From Moniliella sp. 'wahieum' (Eukaryota), in NCBI GenBank assembly GCA_003971905.1, contig RSEE01000020.1:620001-684000 (forward strand): 64,000 nucleotides of DNA. The letters are read 5' to 3'. Made by a program: the position numbers and the translations under genes. Shown in pieces: positions 14,064 to 29,100 of this stretch (position 1 is its first letter; each line of letters begins with the position of its first letter). The notes under the pieces were generated by a model. It saw nothing but the letters and a program-made list of their open reading frames with translations. It was not told where the DNA came from and did not search any database.

Positions 14064-14673
14064 TCAGTATGCGGCCGTGAACATATCCTGGATAGCGAGG
14101 TTCTTGTCGATCGCATCAGCCATGGCAATGGCCGCGTCGGACATGGAAATGGCCGACTTGCCATTGGCGTCCTTGATGAGAGTGTCATGACCAAGACGGA
14201 AGGTTCCGGTCCGAGGGCCGGGGGCAAAAGATGTGGGTGGAGCAAAGTAGGTCCAATCCAGATCCTTTACCTCCTTCAAAGTAAGAGAAAATCAACCCCC
14301 TTTTGGGCATACGGCTTGAAGGCAGGGTCAAATGTGGGCTGGTCAATGAGCCGCTGTCCGGGGGCGACAAATAAAGAAGCACCACCTCCAATGACCAGCA
14401 CACGTTTTACGCCTGCCCCCCGCGCTGCCTCCAGCACCGCGGTAACAGGTACTTCGAACCGCAATGCACTAATCAGAGCCGTGGCGCCTTGAATCAGCCC
14501 CTTTACCACTGTCGGATCAGAAGCATCGCCAACGACGGGCTTGACATTGTCCACCTTTGGGATGTGCTCGGTGCTATGAGCAATCGCGATCACCGTGTGG
14601 CCCCGCGAAGCAAATTCCTTCACTAGCTCACTTCCAGCGCGACCAGAGGCGCCAAGAATGGCAATGTCGACAT
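14064..14673 (-). CDS. NAD(P)H-binding flavin reductase-like oxidoreductase (COG2910/YwnB type), intronless
   Basis: After correcting two 1-nt shifts it reads IAILGASGRAGSELVKEFASRGHTVIAIA...KRVLVIGGGASL...LDWTYFAPP..F.PGPRTGTFRLGHDTL...SAISMSDAAIAMAD...FTAAY* (~200 aa). Confidence 0.9.
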
Positions 14674-15185
14674 GCTGTGGACGTAGGGGTTAGTATACGG
14701 TACACACAGTATATCTGGAGGCACTGCAAAGGCACGTTTTTGCAGGTAGCAGAGGCGAAAACAGGTTTGTGTATGGGTTTGTTTATGGTGGTGGTGGCTG
14801 GGAACCAATTAGGCCTTAGGTGCGATCGAGCGGAGACGACCGCAAGAATCCGAAGCCTTCTTTACCGGGTCATCGATCATCGGGCTACCATGGTACCCGG
14901 TATCGGTGAAGTGAACCAAGGCCCGACACGCACGGACCCACCAAGTAACAATGTGGCACGCGAGACTGTCTCAGAAGGGCTGGAAATAGCAGCGCCCAAT
15001 CAAGAGCAACAGTGTGACCTCATCTCCATCCAATGTTCAACGTTCAACGTTCAGGTCATCGAACATCGATCAGCCACCTGAGCCACGTGACCACCCTGTT
15101 TTCTTAACATTTCTCTTTCGTCCCTCTCGCCATTGCACCGACCACGCGATTAGAAATAGTCGTCTTAGGTCAGCCTGTTCGCGCC

Positions 15186-15799
15186 ATGGCAGGTGGGGTT
15201 GGGTGCGGGAAGCCAGGCGGGAGCGCAGGGAGCAGCTAGCTGGACCACCACCTCTTCCCAAGCATGTCGACGGTCAAGGAGGTCGGCACGACCAGTGCAC
15301 CGCTTAAGAGCGCATCTTCTTCATCGGCTCCTTTTGCAAGAAGTACAACGATGACTTTATGCTGTGCAAGCACGAGAATGGCCGTGACCCTCTCTGTGCC
15401 TGAAGGAGGGCCGCCGTGTAACCCGCTGCACACAAGACTTGTCCGTCGCCTTCCTCCTCTGCGTTTGCTGTGTACTAAGCCCCCTTCCCCCCACCCCACT
15501 CCTCTGCAGTATCCGCCAGCTGAACAAGGCATGCAAGGCCCAGTGGGAGACTCACTACGAGTGCCTCGAGAACGGCGACCACTACTTCTGGAAGTGCCGC
15601 GCCGAGGAGAGGCCGTTCAACAAGTGCGTGTACGACAACTTTGTACGTCCCCATCCCCCGTGCACCAAAAGATTTCGACAGGTCCTGACCGCGTCATGTC
15701 TCTGAGCAGAAGATCAAGAAGGTGCTGCCTGACACTCCGGAGGGCGTGACGCCTGTGCACGAACTGGAGAACCCGATCTACCGCCCGTTCTCGTCGTAA
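15186..15799 (+). CDS. NDUFA8: NADH:ubiquinone oxidoreductase subunit NDUFA8 (CX9C motifs)
   Basis: EVGTTSAPLKSASFFIGSFCKKYNDDFMLCKHE...CLKEGRRVTRC...CKAQWETHYECLE...CRAEERPFNKCV; introns present; start approximate. Confidence 0.92.
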
Positions 15800-16320
15800 G
15801 CATTGCCCCTATGCCCCTCTCGTGGCCCTAAGCCGCCGATCCCGTAGGACGCGCACCGATTCCGGGATGCTCGGTACTCTGGGATGAGGAGGAGGATCGA
15901 TGATCGGAGTAGGGACTGGTTTGGTTTGCTAGGGTAGGGCGGATCGCAGATCGCCGATTCGTCATACCCCGAGCAGGGTATGCTCCCTCGACTCGCCCAG
16001 TGTTTGCAGTCCGGGAGGATCGAATAGAACACTTTGCATTGTAAAGGAGCTTGGGCGGGACGCATCCTCTCTTATCATCGATCGATGATTGCCTGTCATT
16101 GGGATCGCACGAGTTGAGGAATAACCATCGGGTGGGGGGCGTGCACACTCGCTTCTCTAAATAGGGTAGCCAACCCCAAACACAGATATGCGTGTTTTGC
16201 CGCGGGGACTTGGGGTGCGTGGGTGGGCGGGAATCGAAGGTAAGCGAATCGGGCACAGCTCCCAACCAGGAGTAGGTGCTCAGGTGAGGGGTTAGAAGGG
16301 CGGGCTCCTTTCCGACGCAG

Positions 16321-16392
16321 CCATCGCCATCGCCATCGCCATCGCCATCGCCATCGCCATCGCCATCGCCATCGTCAGCGTCAGCGTCAGCG
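16321..16392 (+). repeat. Compound hexamer microsatellite (CCATCG)9(TCAGCG)3
   Basis: Read directly, just upstream of the CDC7 kinase coding region. Confidence 0.95.
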
Positions 16393-16428
16393 TTCGTTGC
16401 GCCCACCGTCCCATTGGCCAAGTTGATC

Positions 16429-18095
<1,667 letters not shown>

Positions 18096-18392
18096 CATCA
18101 AGCCCCTTCAAGATTCATCCTGTTGCTACCACAGGTGAGCATAGTATAACCAGTAGCCATTCCTTATGCCCTACGTGGCAATGGCCGCATGGCCACACAT
18201 TGGCCTTGTTCTTATGAATATGCTACTGCCCTCTTCTGGAGGCGATGGGTACAAAGAGTGCTTCGCTTGGGGGACTATCCTCCATGTGCATATAAAAAGG
18301 TGTGCTAGGCAGGTGCTGTTCTCTCCACTGTAGCCCTTCCAAGTCTGGTGGAACAGGTGTACGGGGATGCATGACGAGAACCAAAATATCGT

Positions 18393-19000
18393 TCAGTTCT
18401 TGCCCTCGCGGAGGGCAAGGAGGGCCTGGGTAACTGGTTGTTGACCCACAAGCTTGGGATCGGGCATCTTGAGTGCTTGCAGCAGTGCGCTGGGCGATTG
18501 AACCTTGGGGAGGGGCTCAGTGTAGTGCCTGAGCAGATTGGCCTCGTAAGGGTGCGCATCCCCGCGATAGAGCTTAAGCCGGGCAAGTCGTTCGTACCGA
18601 AACGAATTTTTCGGTAGCATACCCGACACAGCCTGGCGAATGATCTGTCCAAGCCAAGTGTTAGTTGAGTTCCTCTACTCACAGGAGTGAAACGGACCCT
18701 CTCTGGATGATCCAGCCGCAATTGGTGGAAAGTGTGCACGCGAAGGGACCCTGGCCTGGTGGTGCTCTTGTAGTAGAGCTTGTTGAACTCCTTCTTCCCC
18801 GTCACAAGCACGTCTTCAATATTGGTGACAATGACAATGTCGCCGGCGCGGTCGCTGCCGGCGTCGTAGAAAGGCTTGTGCTTGCCCATCAGCACACGCG
18901 CCACAGCCTCGGCCAAGCGACCGAGGGTGCGGTCGCGCGCGGAGACGTGGTGCCAAATCCTCGTGTAGAGTAAGTCGCGTGCGCCGTTGACCTGCGACAT
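18393..19000 (-). CDS. MRPL23: Mitochondrial ribosomal protein uL13m
   Basis: WHHVSARDRTLGRLA..VARVLMGKHKPFY...GDIVIVTN...TGKK...KLYY...PGSL / AVSGMLPKNSFRYERLARLK; one intron. Confidence 0.93.
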
Positions 19001-19249
19001 GGCCGGGTGGTGGTCGTCTCCCTCCCCGGACTGCCTGCTGCCCATCTCGCCCAGCACTAATCACTTGCGGCTTTGAAGGGACGGGCCAAGCAACCCGTGC
19101 GGTTCCGCCTGTAATTTCATTTCCAGCGGTGCCAGTTCCGCCTGGCCCCGATTAGTAAAGCAGCGGCTGGGCTGCTGCCTCACCCAGCAGCGGCGCGCTT
19201 CCCCCTCCTCCATCGATCTGCCTGCGCCTGCCTGCGCCCAGCCTGGACG

Positions 19250-19717
19250 ATGAGCAGCGGCTTCACCTACAAGCAGGACCTGCCCCCGGCTGCCGGCTAT
19301 GCCCCCATCCGATACAAGCGCAACCTCCCACGCCGCGGCCCGGCTGGATGGATGGCCTGTCGGCCGTGCTGCTCATGACTGTCGTGGCCGGCAAGTACAA
19401 GCTCGACACGCGGAAGGAGGAGCTGTGCGTCCCCTCCCCTTCGGACTTTATCTCTTGCTACGCCAAGGGTGTACTGACCCCCGCCGGCTCCCAGCGAACT
19501 TAACCGGGAAGACCAATGGTCGCGTATTTTGCTCGTGCCTATGTTGCAGGCAGAGGCGGATCGTGATCTGCAGCGGCAGATTGAGGAAAACCGGCGTCGT
19601 GAGAGCAAAATTATGGCGGATGTGCCCGGGTGGGAGGTGGACAAGAATGTGTACAACGACAAGAGCTACTTCTTGTCGTCGGCGCGCCGCCGTACACCTA
19701 TCCCACCTGTCGACTGA
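19250..19717 (+). CDS. NDUFA13: NADH:ubiquinone oxidoreductase subunit NDUFA13/GRIM-19
   Basis: [24 protein letters not shown]...[17 protein letters not shown]...[10 protein letters not shown]; one intron. Confidence 0.93.
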
Positions 19718-20241
19718 AGTGTTACTCTCTCCTGCCGGCAGGAATGTACTGAAAAGATGGAACTTGCACTCGCCAGCGCTGTAGCGGGGGTGGAACGACG
19801 GACAGGCGCTCTGGGTTCCAAGGGGCGCCGTAGTTCTTTATGCTTTGGGCCCAGCAGTCCATTACATAGGTAACCCGCCTCATCCCCGGCAGCGGCGCTG
19901 GCACATTGATCTGACCACGTGGGAGTAATGGCTTGGTATGCGCGACGTGATGCCATGTGGAACGTGGAACACTGCGAATTGCTGGATGTGACCGTGACGC
20001 GAGGGAAGATGTGAGAGCAATGAAGTTAATGAAGACAAGGGAACCGACTATACAAATGGAGTGTGCCCACGAGGCAACATGAGAGGTTCAATATAATATG
20101 TTGGGAATATTTTGCATTTCCTTACCTTCATTGGTCTTCATGACGCTGCAAGAACTAGTAAACATGGGCAGCATACGAAGGTGTAGCTTCTTGGTACGAG
20201 GCCGATTGCATTGTGTGATACCCGTCCTCAAACCTGGAGCT

Positions 20242-21498
20242 TTATTCGTCCTTCGCTTCGCCCTCCTTGCCCTCGCTCTCCTCGCCTTCCTTCGTCTCGC
20301 CCTCTTCTCCTTCGCTCTCTTCTTCTTCTTCGTTATGCTGCACCTCCTCGATTACGACATAGAACTTGGAGTCGACTTGGGTGCCGGGAACCATCGTCAC
20401 GTCCGAGTCGGCGGGAGAGGGAAGGTCTTCGCCAACGTGGCGCCACCATGAGGTGCACTGTCCTCTTCGATAATTCTTCCTTCTTCTTCAAATCAGGCCG
20501 AACGACATCGGCATAGCGCTGGGCAGGTTCGTGTCGCGAGTTAAGATCCTTGACGGGTTGGTAGTAGGCCGTGCCAGCCAAGGTGGTAAACAAACCGGCA
20601 CCCACCACGGTAGTCAACCAAAAGCGGTAGGTTGAGTACCAGCGTGGGGTCCAGCCCCACTGCGTCGCCTTGGCATCAATCCACCATGCTCCGACCCAGG
20701 AGAGCCACTGGCCAACGAGACCCAAGGAGAGGGTGGGGCTAAGTGCCAGGGTGGCCCAACCAGCGACAAAGGGGGCCACACCCATTGCGTACCGTGCATT
20801 GCCGTGGTGCCCTCCGAACCCGGCGAATTCGAGGCCCCAATGCATGGCGCCAACAAAGGAGAGCAGGACAGCACTGACCGTAATTTGGGCCCACTCAGCT
20901 TGCCCGGCCAAATGGAGGAAATGCTGAACCGCCTCTTCATTACCTGTTGACATTCATATTGTTAGTCTATCCCATCTACGCCAGCGACCATACAGAGGAC
21001 GAAGAAGAAACGCACCAACAGCCAGATACGCCTGGCGAGTGAACCAAACGCTGCTCGCGGTCGTAGCCAATAGGCACCGAGCCTGCCATGCCCCATCGTT
21101 TGGCTGCCAAGGGCACTGCATGAATCAACGCCTCGGTATCCTCAAGCCGGTCTTGATAGCGTTTGTGATGGTCGTATCGTGCGTAACTCCACGGACAGGT
21201 TGCTTGTACATAGCAGCAAGCTCGCCATCTGACTCTGACGGCAGCTTCCCCCCGGATATAGTGGCCTGCGCCATCCCCAAGGTCGAAACCACGTCTTCCT
21301 TCACGTTCTGGGCCGCGTGCTTCAAGTTCTTGGAGCCTGGGGCGCCCGCCCGCGTGTCCTCTGCCCGGAGGGAGGGAGAAATGTGCAAGGTCCGTTGAGT
21401 CATCAGAGGGATAGAAGCGGGGCCGACTTTAACGGCAGTGCGCATCGCCGGTGCCACATGGCGCGGGGGGCAATCCGGGCAGCGGAAAAAGCAAGCAT
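20242..21498 (-). CDS. DUF3429/TMEM69-like mitochondrial membrane protein
   Basis: Arg-rich presequence-like N-terminus, AVLLSFVGAMHWGLEF..G..RYAMGV.P, WTPRWYSTYRFWLT and acidic tail. Confidence 0.8.
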
Positions 21499-22737
21499 GT
21501 TGGCGGAGAGCTCAGACTGTAATGTACGACGGCTTATTGCAAGATGGAGGAGGAGAAAGGAGGAGGGAGGAGGGAAAAGGCCCCGCGGCCCAGTTCGAAC
21601 AGGCTATGATTATATTAGTTGCTCGGAGAGAGATCTGTAGGACGTCTCTCTCTCCGACGGACCGTCCTTCGGGATCGAGCTGAGGGTTTGGCAGAGGTTT
21701 GGGGGGTGCGGCACCCAGTAAAACAAACGGACTGGGGTATGACGCGGACGGCAGATGGTGGGTGGGCTGTTGGCCCGCCTGCAGCGACACGTCACGCGTC
21801 AACGAAGGGGCATAATGGTGTGTGGTCAGGCTGGACTTTTACATGTTACATCAGAGTACTGCTCTTGGGCGCCTGCCTGCATGGCAACTATAAGAACGGC
21901 AGAGAGGCTGTCAGCCCGAGCCAATGCACTAGTGATCAGATGAGCGATCACCTCGAAGATCGATGATATCTGCGACGCAGCACTTATTTGCCGCGTACTA
22001 TTTTATTGGCCCGGCGGAGAAGTACCCGTGACATCAATCGAGCTGTTGACGCAGCGTTGACATCGTTGACGTCACACCCTGTGACGGCGGAGTGGGGAAT
22101 GCGAGCTCCGATGAACCTCAGTACTGCTTGATATAGGCCGCTGCGGGCACATCTATATACAGTGAACAGCTCGATGGGGGAGACAGATCCACTGGGTCAA
22201 GGAAATACTTACTTTGAGGAAAAGGTGTGAACAAGGAAAGTTTGAGAGAGATTGCAAGCATCAAGTGTGTGCCTTGGCCTGGCAGAATCGCTTCCGCGCA
22301 CGGGCCTCCCGCTTCCTTTGCATTGTGCATGAGACTGTTGACGAGAGAGGACACCAGAGGATACCGCTAATATGTAACACCGCTATGCATTGAGAAGTCC
22401 GCGATTCCATGACCTTCTCGACACTGATGTACTGATGACCCACATCCGCACCTGGGCCATCATATACACCGCTCAAACACGGAGCGAGGACGGAGGGCAG
22501 TGCAGCTAGCCTATACATGCAAACTGCAGGAGCACGCGGGTGGATAACGACACATGGATAACTCGGTACAACGGGACACAAAAGGGAACAGTGAACCCGG
22601 TTGCATGTGGTAAAACCGATCCCATAGGACCACAGAGGTGGTCCAGACGGAATACATGGCAACAATAAACAGAACCAAGGGACGAGCGGGGGGGGGGGAG
22701 GGGTGCGATAACGAGATATGTAGAGCATATAGTGGGC

Positions 22738-25700
22738 TCAGTAACGAATGTTGACCACGTTCTGGTCCTCGGCCAAACGAGGCCGCAACTCCAGTGCGAT
22801 CCGGGCCACGACCTCCTCCTGCCAGCGGGGGAGAGGTTCGCCCTGGTGCACACGTGGGGTAGTAGTGTTGGACCCAGAGGTCGAGCCGGTGGAGCCGGTG
22901 GCCGAATGGGTACGGGTGGGCGAGCTAGGGTGTTCAACTGCCAACACGGCAATGGGGATCAGCGCGGCCACCGTCAAGTCCCGCGGGATGAGGCCCGACA
23001 GCTCCATCAATCTGTCGTCCCAGTGGAGCCAGCTGAGCCAGGGGGGGCGAGTGAGGTGTTCCTGGCTTCCCGGGTCATCGACCACGGGGAGATAAATCAC
23101 TCGCTTCCCACTACGCCGTCCGGCCGAGGGAACGCCCGGGGCGGAACTCTGCATTGGGATCGGCTCGCGTAACTTGACCGGAAGACGAAAGAGCGAGCCG
23201 GCGTAGCCAATTCCCCGTTGGATAGGCAGCTTACTTGGACTGTCAGGCCGGATGGTCGTGGAGGCTACGGCCGACCTAACAAGAGGGGCGAGACCTCGTT
23301 GCCCAAGGGCATATCTTCTTTGGCATCGGCAAAGTCCGACGGGGAAGTCTGCAACCCCCCATGGTGTGAGACGACAACGTGCCGTGCAGGTGACGGACCG
23401 AGTGTGACCCCATCAGTGTCAGGGGAGGAGTAGGCGAGCCCATAACCTCCCTCCTGGGGCACGGTAGGGGTCAAGTCCTGCACAATCTCTTGAGAATAGA
23501 CCGAACGTGAAAGATGGCCTTGGTCCGGCCCATCAAACACGATGGCCGACTCGACCGCACCAGGACCGTTGTGGTCCGTTTGGTAGCTCAGCACCGAGGT
23601 ACGGCGATAATGCGCCGGCAGGGCCGCCAGGTCGCCCATCGAATCCCCGCCATCCTCAGCATCGGCAAACAGGGAAGATCGATCGGAAACGTGTTCCTCC
23701 GACCCACTCCCCCTCGGAACGCCGAGGCGGGCAGTTTCCCGGGCCCTGGTACTGCACGACGGTTGCGCAGCCCCGAAGCGTCCGAACCCAAAGCAACACT
23801 CGAGGCGAGCGAAGACGAAGGACCGTGTCGCCGGTGCCCCGCTCTGCGGCAGCAACAGCACCAGCAGCCACAGCACCAGCGCCGGCACCCACAGCCACCT
23901 CACCAAACCGGCCGGCCGAAGGACGAGGTGGTGCCTGAACTTGATTGAGCCAGTCCTTCCGCCCCCGAACGAGTAGAACTGAACAGTCCGGTTTCCCAAC
24001 TTGCTTTGGGGGTCATGTCGTTCTGTTCGGTATCGACCAGACCCAAGCCCACGCCAGGTTGAGAAGAGGGATCGACGGATCGGCTCTGAGTGAGCGTCTT
24101 GGCACGGACAGGGGAACCATCCTGGGTTTCCTCCACGAGCTCGGCCGGCCGGGCCTGGGGGTGGTACCTTTCAAGTGGGTAAAGAAGGCATGAGGTTGAG
24201 GCGCCGGCTCGGTGTTGCCGCTCAAACTGGATTGGGTTCCAAATACATCATCTTCCTCAGTCGGGGTGGTGCGAGAAACATCATGATGTGCTCCGCCGCA
24301 GCTACGCCGCGGCAGCGGCAGTCCCGGCAGCCCCAGCCAAGAGAACGTTGCGAGGGGTGCCAGTTGAGGGTTTAAAGGGAGTGGCTGGCGTGCGCGGCGT
24401 GCCAGCCGCAGCAGGAGTGGTGACAGCAGTGGGGTGAGACGAGTAGCTCTGAGAGTTGGAGGCATCCGAAGCGCGGTTGCTGGGGGAAGATTTCTTACCC
24501 CAGGCGGGGGCGAAGGCGCCTGCACTGCTCCTACAGCCACTCCCCCGACAGCCCCCGTGGCAGCGTCCCCCATTAACGTCGTTTCACCCCGGTCCATTAT
24601 ATGGGAGGAGTGGGGTGGCGAGGGAGTGGTTGCTCTGACTGGCGAAGCCTGCTGCACCGGCGTGACGGCAGTAAGTGCGACATGAGACCCTGAAGCTGGG
24701 ATGGGGGTAGCCCCCAGTATATCTTTCTCCTTCTGCTCCTTTTCTTGCCTCTTCCTTCTCCGGCAGCAGCAGCACAAGAGCAGGGCCAAGAGAGCCAGCA
24801 GCAGTGGGATACCCAATCCGAGGCCGAGGCCAGGCCAAGGCCAAGGGGTTGGAGTGGTGGTGTCCAGCTGCCATGGCGCCCTTGGAGGCAACGAGCAGCT
24901 TCATAGTAGCTGTGCTGGTTGAGTTGTACCCGTTCACCATGCGCGACGCAGCAACTGTTACTGTGCTGTTCCCTCTCACCGTCCGAAGGAACAGAGCCGG
25001 AAAGTTGTGACCCATTGGAGTGTAGCCAGGTGGGACCACCCGAGAGCGCGAGTGCCAATCCCCCCCGCGCGCGGCAGGGGTGAGGTATGGGGCAACATCA
25101 TACTTAAAGTCTTGACCTGGGGTGGCATGGGCATCCGGGAGAGACTGAGTGGCAAGGAGGGATGGGAAGAGCTGCATGGCCTGGGGGGCTAGCATCGTAG
25201 CGTTCATAGAGGGGATAGAGAAATTGACGGGCACATTCCAGGTCCTGGTCGAAGTGAGGTTTGTATCCACGGGAGGGGTGCCAGAGAAGGTACGGGTAGC
25301 CTCATCGAACTGCAACCAAGGGGCAGCAGAGGTATTGGCACTGGCTGTTACTGTTTGGGCAAGAGTACGGTTGATATAGACTCGTTGACCGTCCAGGGTC
25401 AAATTGTTGATGGGCAGTGTGTAGTTGAAGATAGATCCGGCGGTAGCGTTTGCCACATGCAGCGGCTCTGCCAGGGCAAGCAAATGCTTCGCGACCACAA
25501 TGTTAAAATTGCTGGAGGGACCTCCAAAACCAGGCTGGTTGGATGCAGTAACCGTGACATTAGCCGTGGTGGGTGTGTTTGGCGTGACGCCAGAAAAAGT
25601 GTGGTCAGAGGGATTGAAGTGGAGCCAATCGGGCAAAGGCTCGTGTTCGCCCACTTGCGGGGTCCAGTAGACGGGCGTGGCATTGTTAGCCTCGACAAAT

Positions 25701-26181
25701 GAGTCGCCTTGGAATCCGAGAGAGAAGTTCTGTCCCATGGGGAGCGATATGGAACCGTCTGGCAAAACTTGTGACGATGCCAGGGACGAAGCGATGCGGG
25801 GCAACTGTTGAGCCAGAGGCACATTGACGGTAGGCGCAGGTGCTTGTAGCACGTTGAGCTGGAACGTATCGTAGCCCGTGTGCAACCCATCGGAAGGGTT
25901 CTCTGGCACGGCAGCGAGGGACGTTAGCGGAGGTTGGGTCAGAAGCTGATGGTGTGCCGGAGAAAGTGAGAGTGTTGTTGTCAAAAGAGCACCACGAAGG
26001 CAATCCTGTCACCGAGAATTCAACAGGGCCCCCGGCGTTGGCGACAAAGGTGTCCTGGTCTAGGACCCATTGGTATGGCTGACCCACATGGGCCAGCGGG
26101 GGGGCTGAGCCTGAGTGTAGTAATCTGGTGCACGGAGGCGTGAACGACGCCTGCGACAAGCACGACGAGAGAAGCGAGCAT
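22738..26181 (-). CDS. AXL2: Axl2-like single-pass glycoprotein with dystroglycan-type cadherin-like repeats
   Basis: Signal peptide; repeated LP.W..FD..T.TFSGTP motifs (GLPSWCSFDNNTLTFSGTP, LPDWLHFNPSDHTFSG, PWLQFDEATRTFSGTP); TM helix LGLGLGIPLLLALLALLLCCCCRRRK; a further LSWLHWD..MELSG repeat near the C-terminus. Confidence 0.8.
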
Positions 26182-29100
26182 GGCAGGCGTGCGGGCCCGG
26201 GGCAGAGCAAACGCCTTGTGCGACGCGTCATGGCCTATCGACGCGAGAAAGAAGGTCAGCGGCTGGCACGATGCCGAGGGCGGTCATACGCACAATATGG
26301 TCAAGGAGGTGCACGGCGGGAGGAAAGGTGGTGGTAAGGAGCGTGGGCACCGGTCACTTCCGACACGGGGGGGAAGATGGTGGGAGCAGGTGGGAGCAGG
26401 GAGAGAGAGGGGGGTGGCGCCGAGGCCAGAGGGTGGTGGAGGCTGAGAAGAGAAGAGCAGACGGCGGGAACAGAATCACGGCATCCAGCCCTTTTCTTCG
26501 TTGCAGTCAATAACTCGATACACGGAGTACTCAGGTAATTCAGTCTGAATACTCAGGGTCCGTGTCCCTTCTGGTGCCTGTGTGCCAGCCGAGGTGCGGT
26601 GCTGGGGCGGTACGGCAGCAGTCTATGCGTGGAGGGCACGCGCAGGCGCGGGGGCAGTGTCGGACCACTTACAGTGCATGTGATTGGCATGCGAACGTCC
26701 TGACGGTGCAGAGGAAGAGTGACCGGGTGGGGAAGCGCACTGGAGACTGCCCCCTGCCGGGGCGCTGCCTGCCGGGAAGGCAGGTTGAGCGCAAGCCCAA
26801 CACTGCGCACGGGCGGGGCACGCACACGCAGGCAGCATAATGGGGGTGCCTGCCAGAAACGGCAGGGCACGCAGCAGGCAGTGCGCCCCAGTGGCTCGCA
26901 GCGCTCACGCGCTCACATGTTCCTCTCAGAGCCCAGAGCCCAGACCCCAGAGTGCAGATCTCTCGCTGGCCATTGGCACGCCCCGTGCCTGCCCGCCAAG
27001 GGAAGCTCCAAGCAGATGTGCGGGCCGGGACGGGGGCAGTGTAAAAAGCTTCATCGAATATCTACCAACCCCCCATCATGCATCAGTGCATCAGTACCAG
27101 TGCAGTCTCCGTCTGAGTACTCAGGACCAGTCGTGATTAACGTGGTGCACTATTCAGAGTATTCAATATTCACTACGCAATGGAGAATTAGGCCTAGCTA
27201 GGCCTTTTTTAGGGCCTTGGGGCGGGAGGCATTCGCTGCTAGTGACTTGCGACGGACACCCCTTCTTAGATCTTACAACCCACCATTCTCACACCCGTGC
27301 CACCCGCGCATGGCCCAGACGCGCGGGGCGCCTACTAGTGACTCACCTGTAAGAGATCCGTGGCATTTCGGTGAGGCACAGCAATCGTTCGTGGCAATCT
27401 GTACTTCACATGCCTGTCATGTGATCACCGCCGCGCATTGTAGTCCTGCCGGTTGTGGAAGGCATGTCAGCGCCAGCCCGCCTTTTTGTTCGTTGCCTTC
27501 GATGGCTCTCGCCTTACTGGGAAACCACCTTTTAAGTGCACGAGCCGAAGCCCACGGCACCGAGAACGTGTTGTGGCACAACCACGTATGAACAGCGCAC
27601 GTTTTCTATCGTCAATCCGCCGCACCCCCTTCACTACACTACAACAGTAATACCCCCTCTCTGCATCCGCCCTGCACTTGATATATCCCGCTGATGATTC
27701 ATCACTAATGTCAATAGCCGAGAATGTGCGGCCAGCTCCAAAGACATTAATAAACAACACCGAAGAGATGAGAATGATACACGATGTTACGGGCTGTATG
27801 GATCCGAGATGTCCGATCCAAGCTAAGGCTCGCCTGATCTGCATATGCCCACTGGAGCGCGCTCCGAAGTCCAACCATGTTTGATGATGGTTGGTTAAAT
27901 CACAGGTGCGGTGGTCCCAGGGGCTATATATGGATCCGCCGCGTGACATTTAGTCGCCCCCCGCCCAAGTCCAAGTCGGATGGCCTAAATAACGCCACCA
28001 AGTTCCAGTACTATCTTTACGTCGACTGTCGTCTCGTCACCACTTACTTTTCCTTTCTCGGTTGCGCCAGCGGCAACCAACCCCTTTTTGACGCGTCCTT
28101 TCTACACCTTATTGTATCCGTTTCCCCTTTGATCGAACCTGTACCCCTCTGGTTGGTGATGGGGATCATTTTCTTCACCTTCCATTCTCGTTCACTCTCG
28201 TCCCTTTTCTCGTCCCTTTCCGCCTTTCCTATCCAAATCCTGCTGTTTTCCAGCCAATTGGTTCAGTATACAGGCTGCCTCCTCTCCACTACTTATTCCC
28301 ACCTCCTGTTTCGACCCCTCGTTCTCCTGGCAGCTTCGGTCCGTCCAGTCGCGTGAGCCTTTCTTCAGCCGCGTCGATTCCCCGTACCAGCTTGTCGCTC
28401 GGGTTCCTTTCCAGCCACGTCGACAACCGCCCCTGTCCAGTCTCAGCTCTGGAAGTCTTTGTTCTTCACTGCCTCTACCCGTCCCTAAGCTCCGGAGGCT
28501 TCGACACGTTACCACGGCCCAAGCCGGTGCATAGTACCCAGCCTTGCCATACGTGTAGCCGCCTCCATCTCGGCTTTAATTGATCACGCCCAAAGGCCTC
28601 TCCTTGTCCCTAGCTCCGCTCCGATCCACCACCTAGCCCAAACTCGAAACTCCCGTGAGTCAACCTATCGGAGCCCCCTGACGGGCCCCCCCGAGACACA
28701 CGGCCCTCTGTGCGCTCTTGGATAATCGAGACTGTCATTAAAAATGTCATGATTTCTGTGTTCCCGCCGCTGATGTTTCCTTTATGTTGCCAGTCTGCTA
28801 TTCTTTGCCACACTTCTCAAGGAAAACAAGCGCAACAGAGGTAGAAAGAGGAACAAGGGAACAGGAGGACGGTTGCGGCACAGGCGCAATGGAGAAAAGA
28901 TTAAGGAAACGGACATGGGGCGACTATATTGTCGCACGCGGATAATATGTATAGGATGGAACTGGGAGACCTTTTTTGATGTGGCAGTTGTCGAAGAGGA
29001 CCGTCGAGTGGGCTGCACATTTCAATTAGGGTCATTGGTTGCCACTCCCGATTTCCAGCGGGGCCGCCCGGCGGGGCCGTGCGTACGCTGGGAGCTCGAA

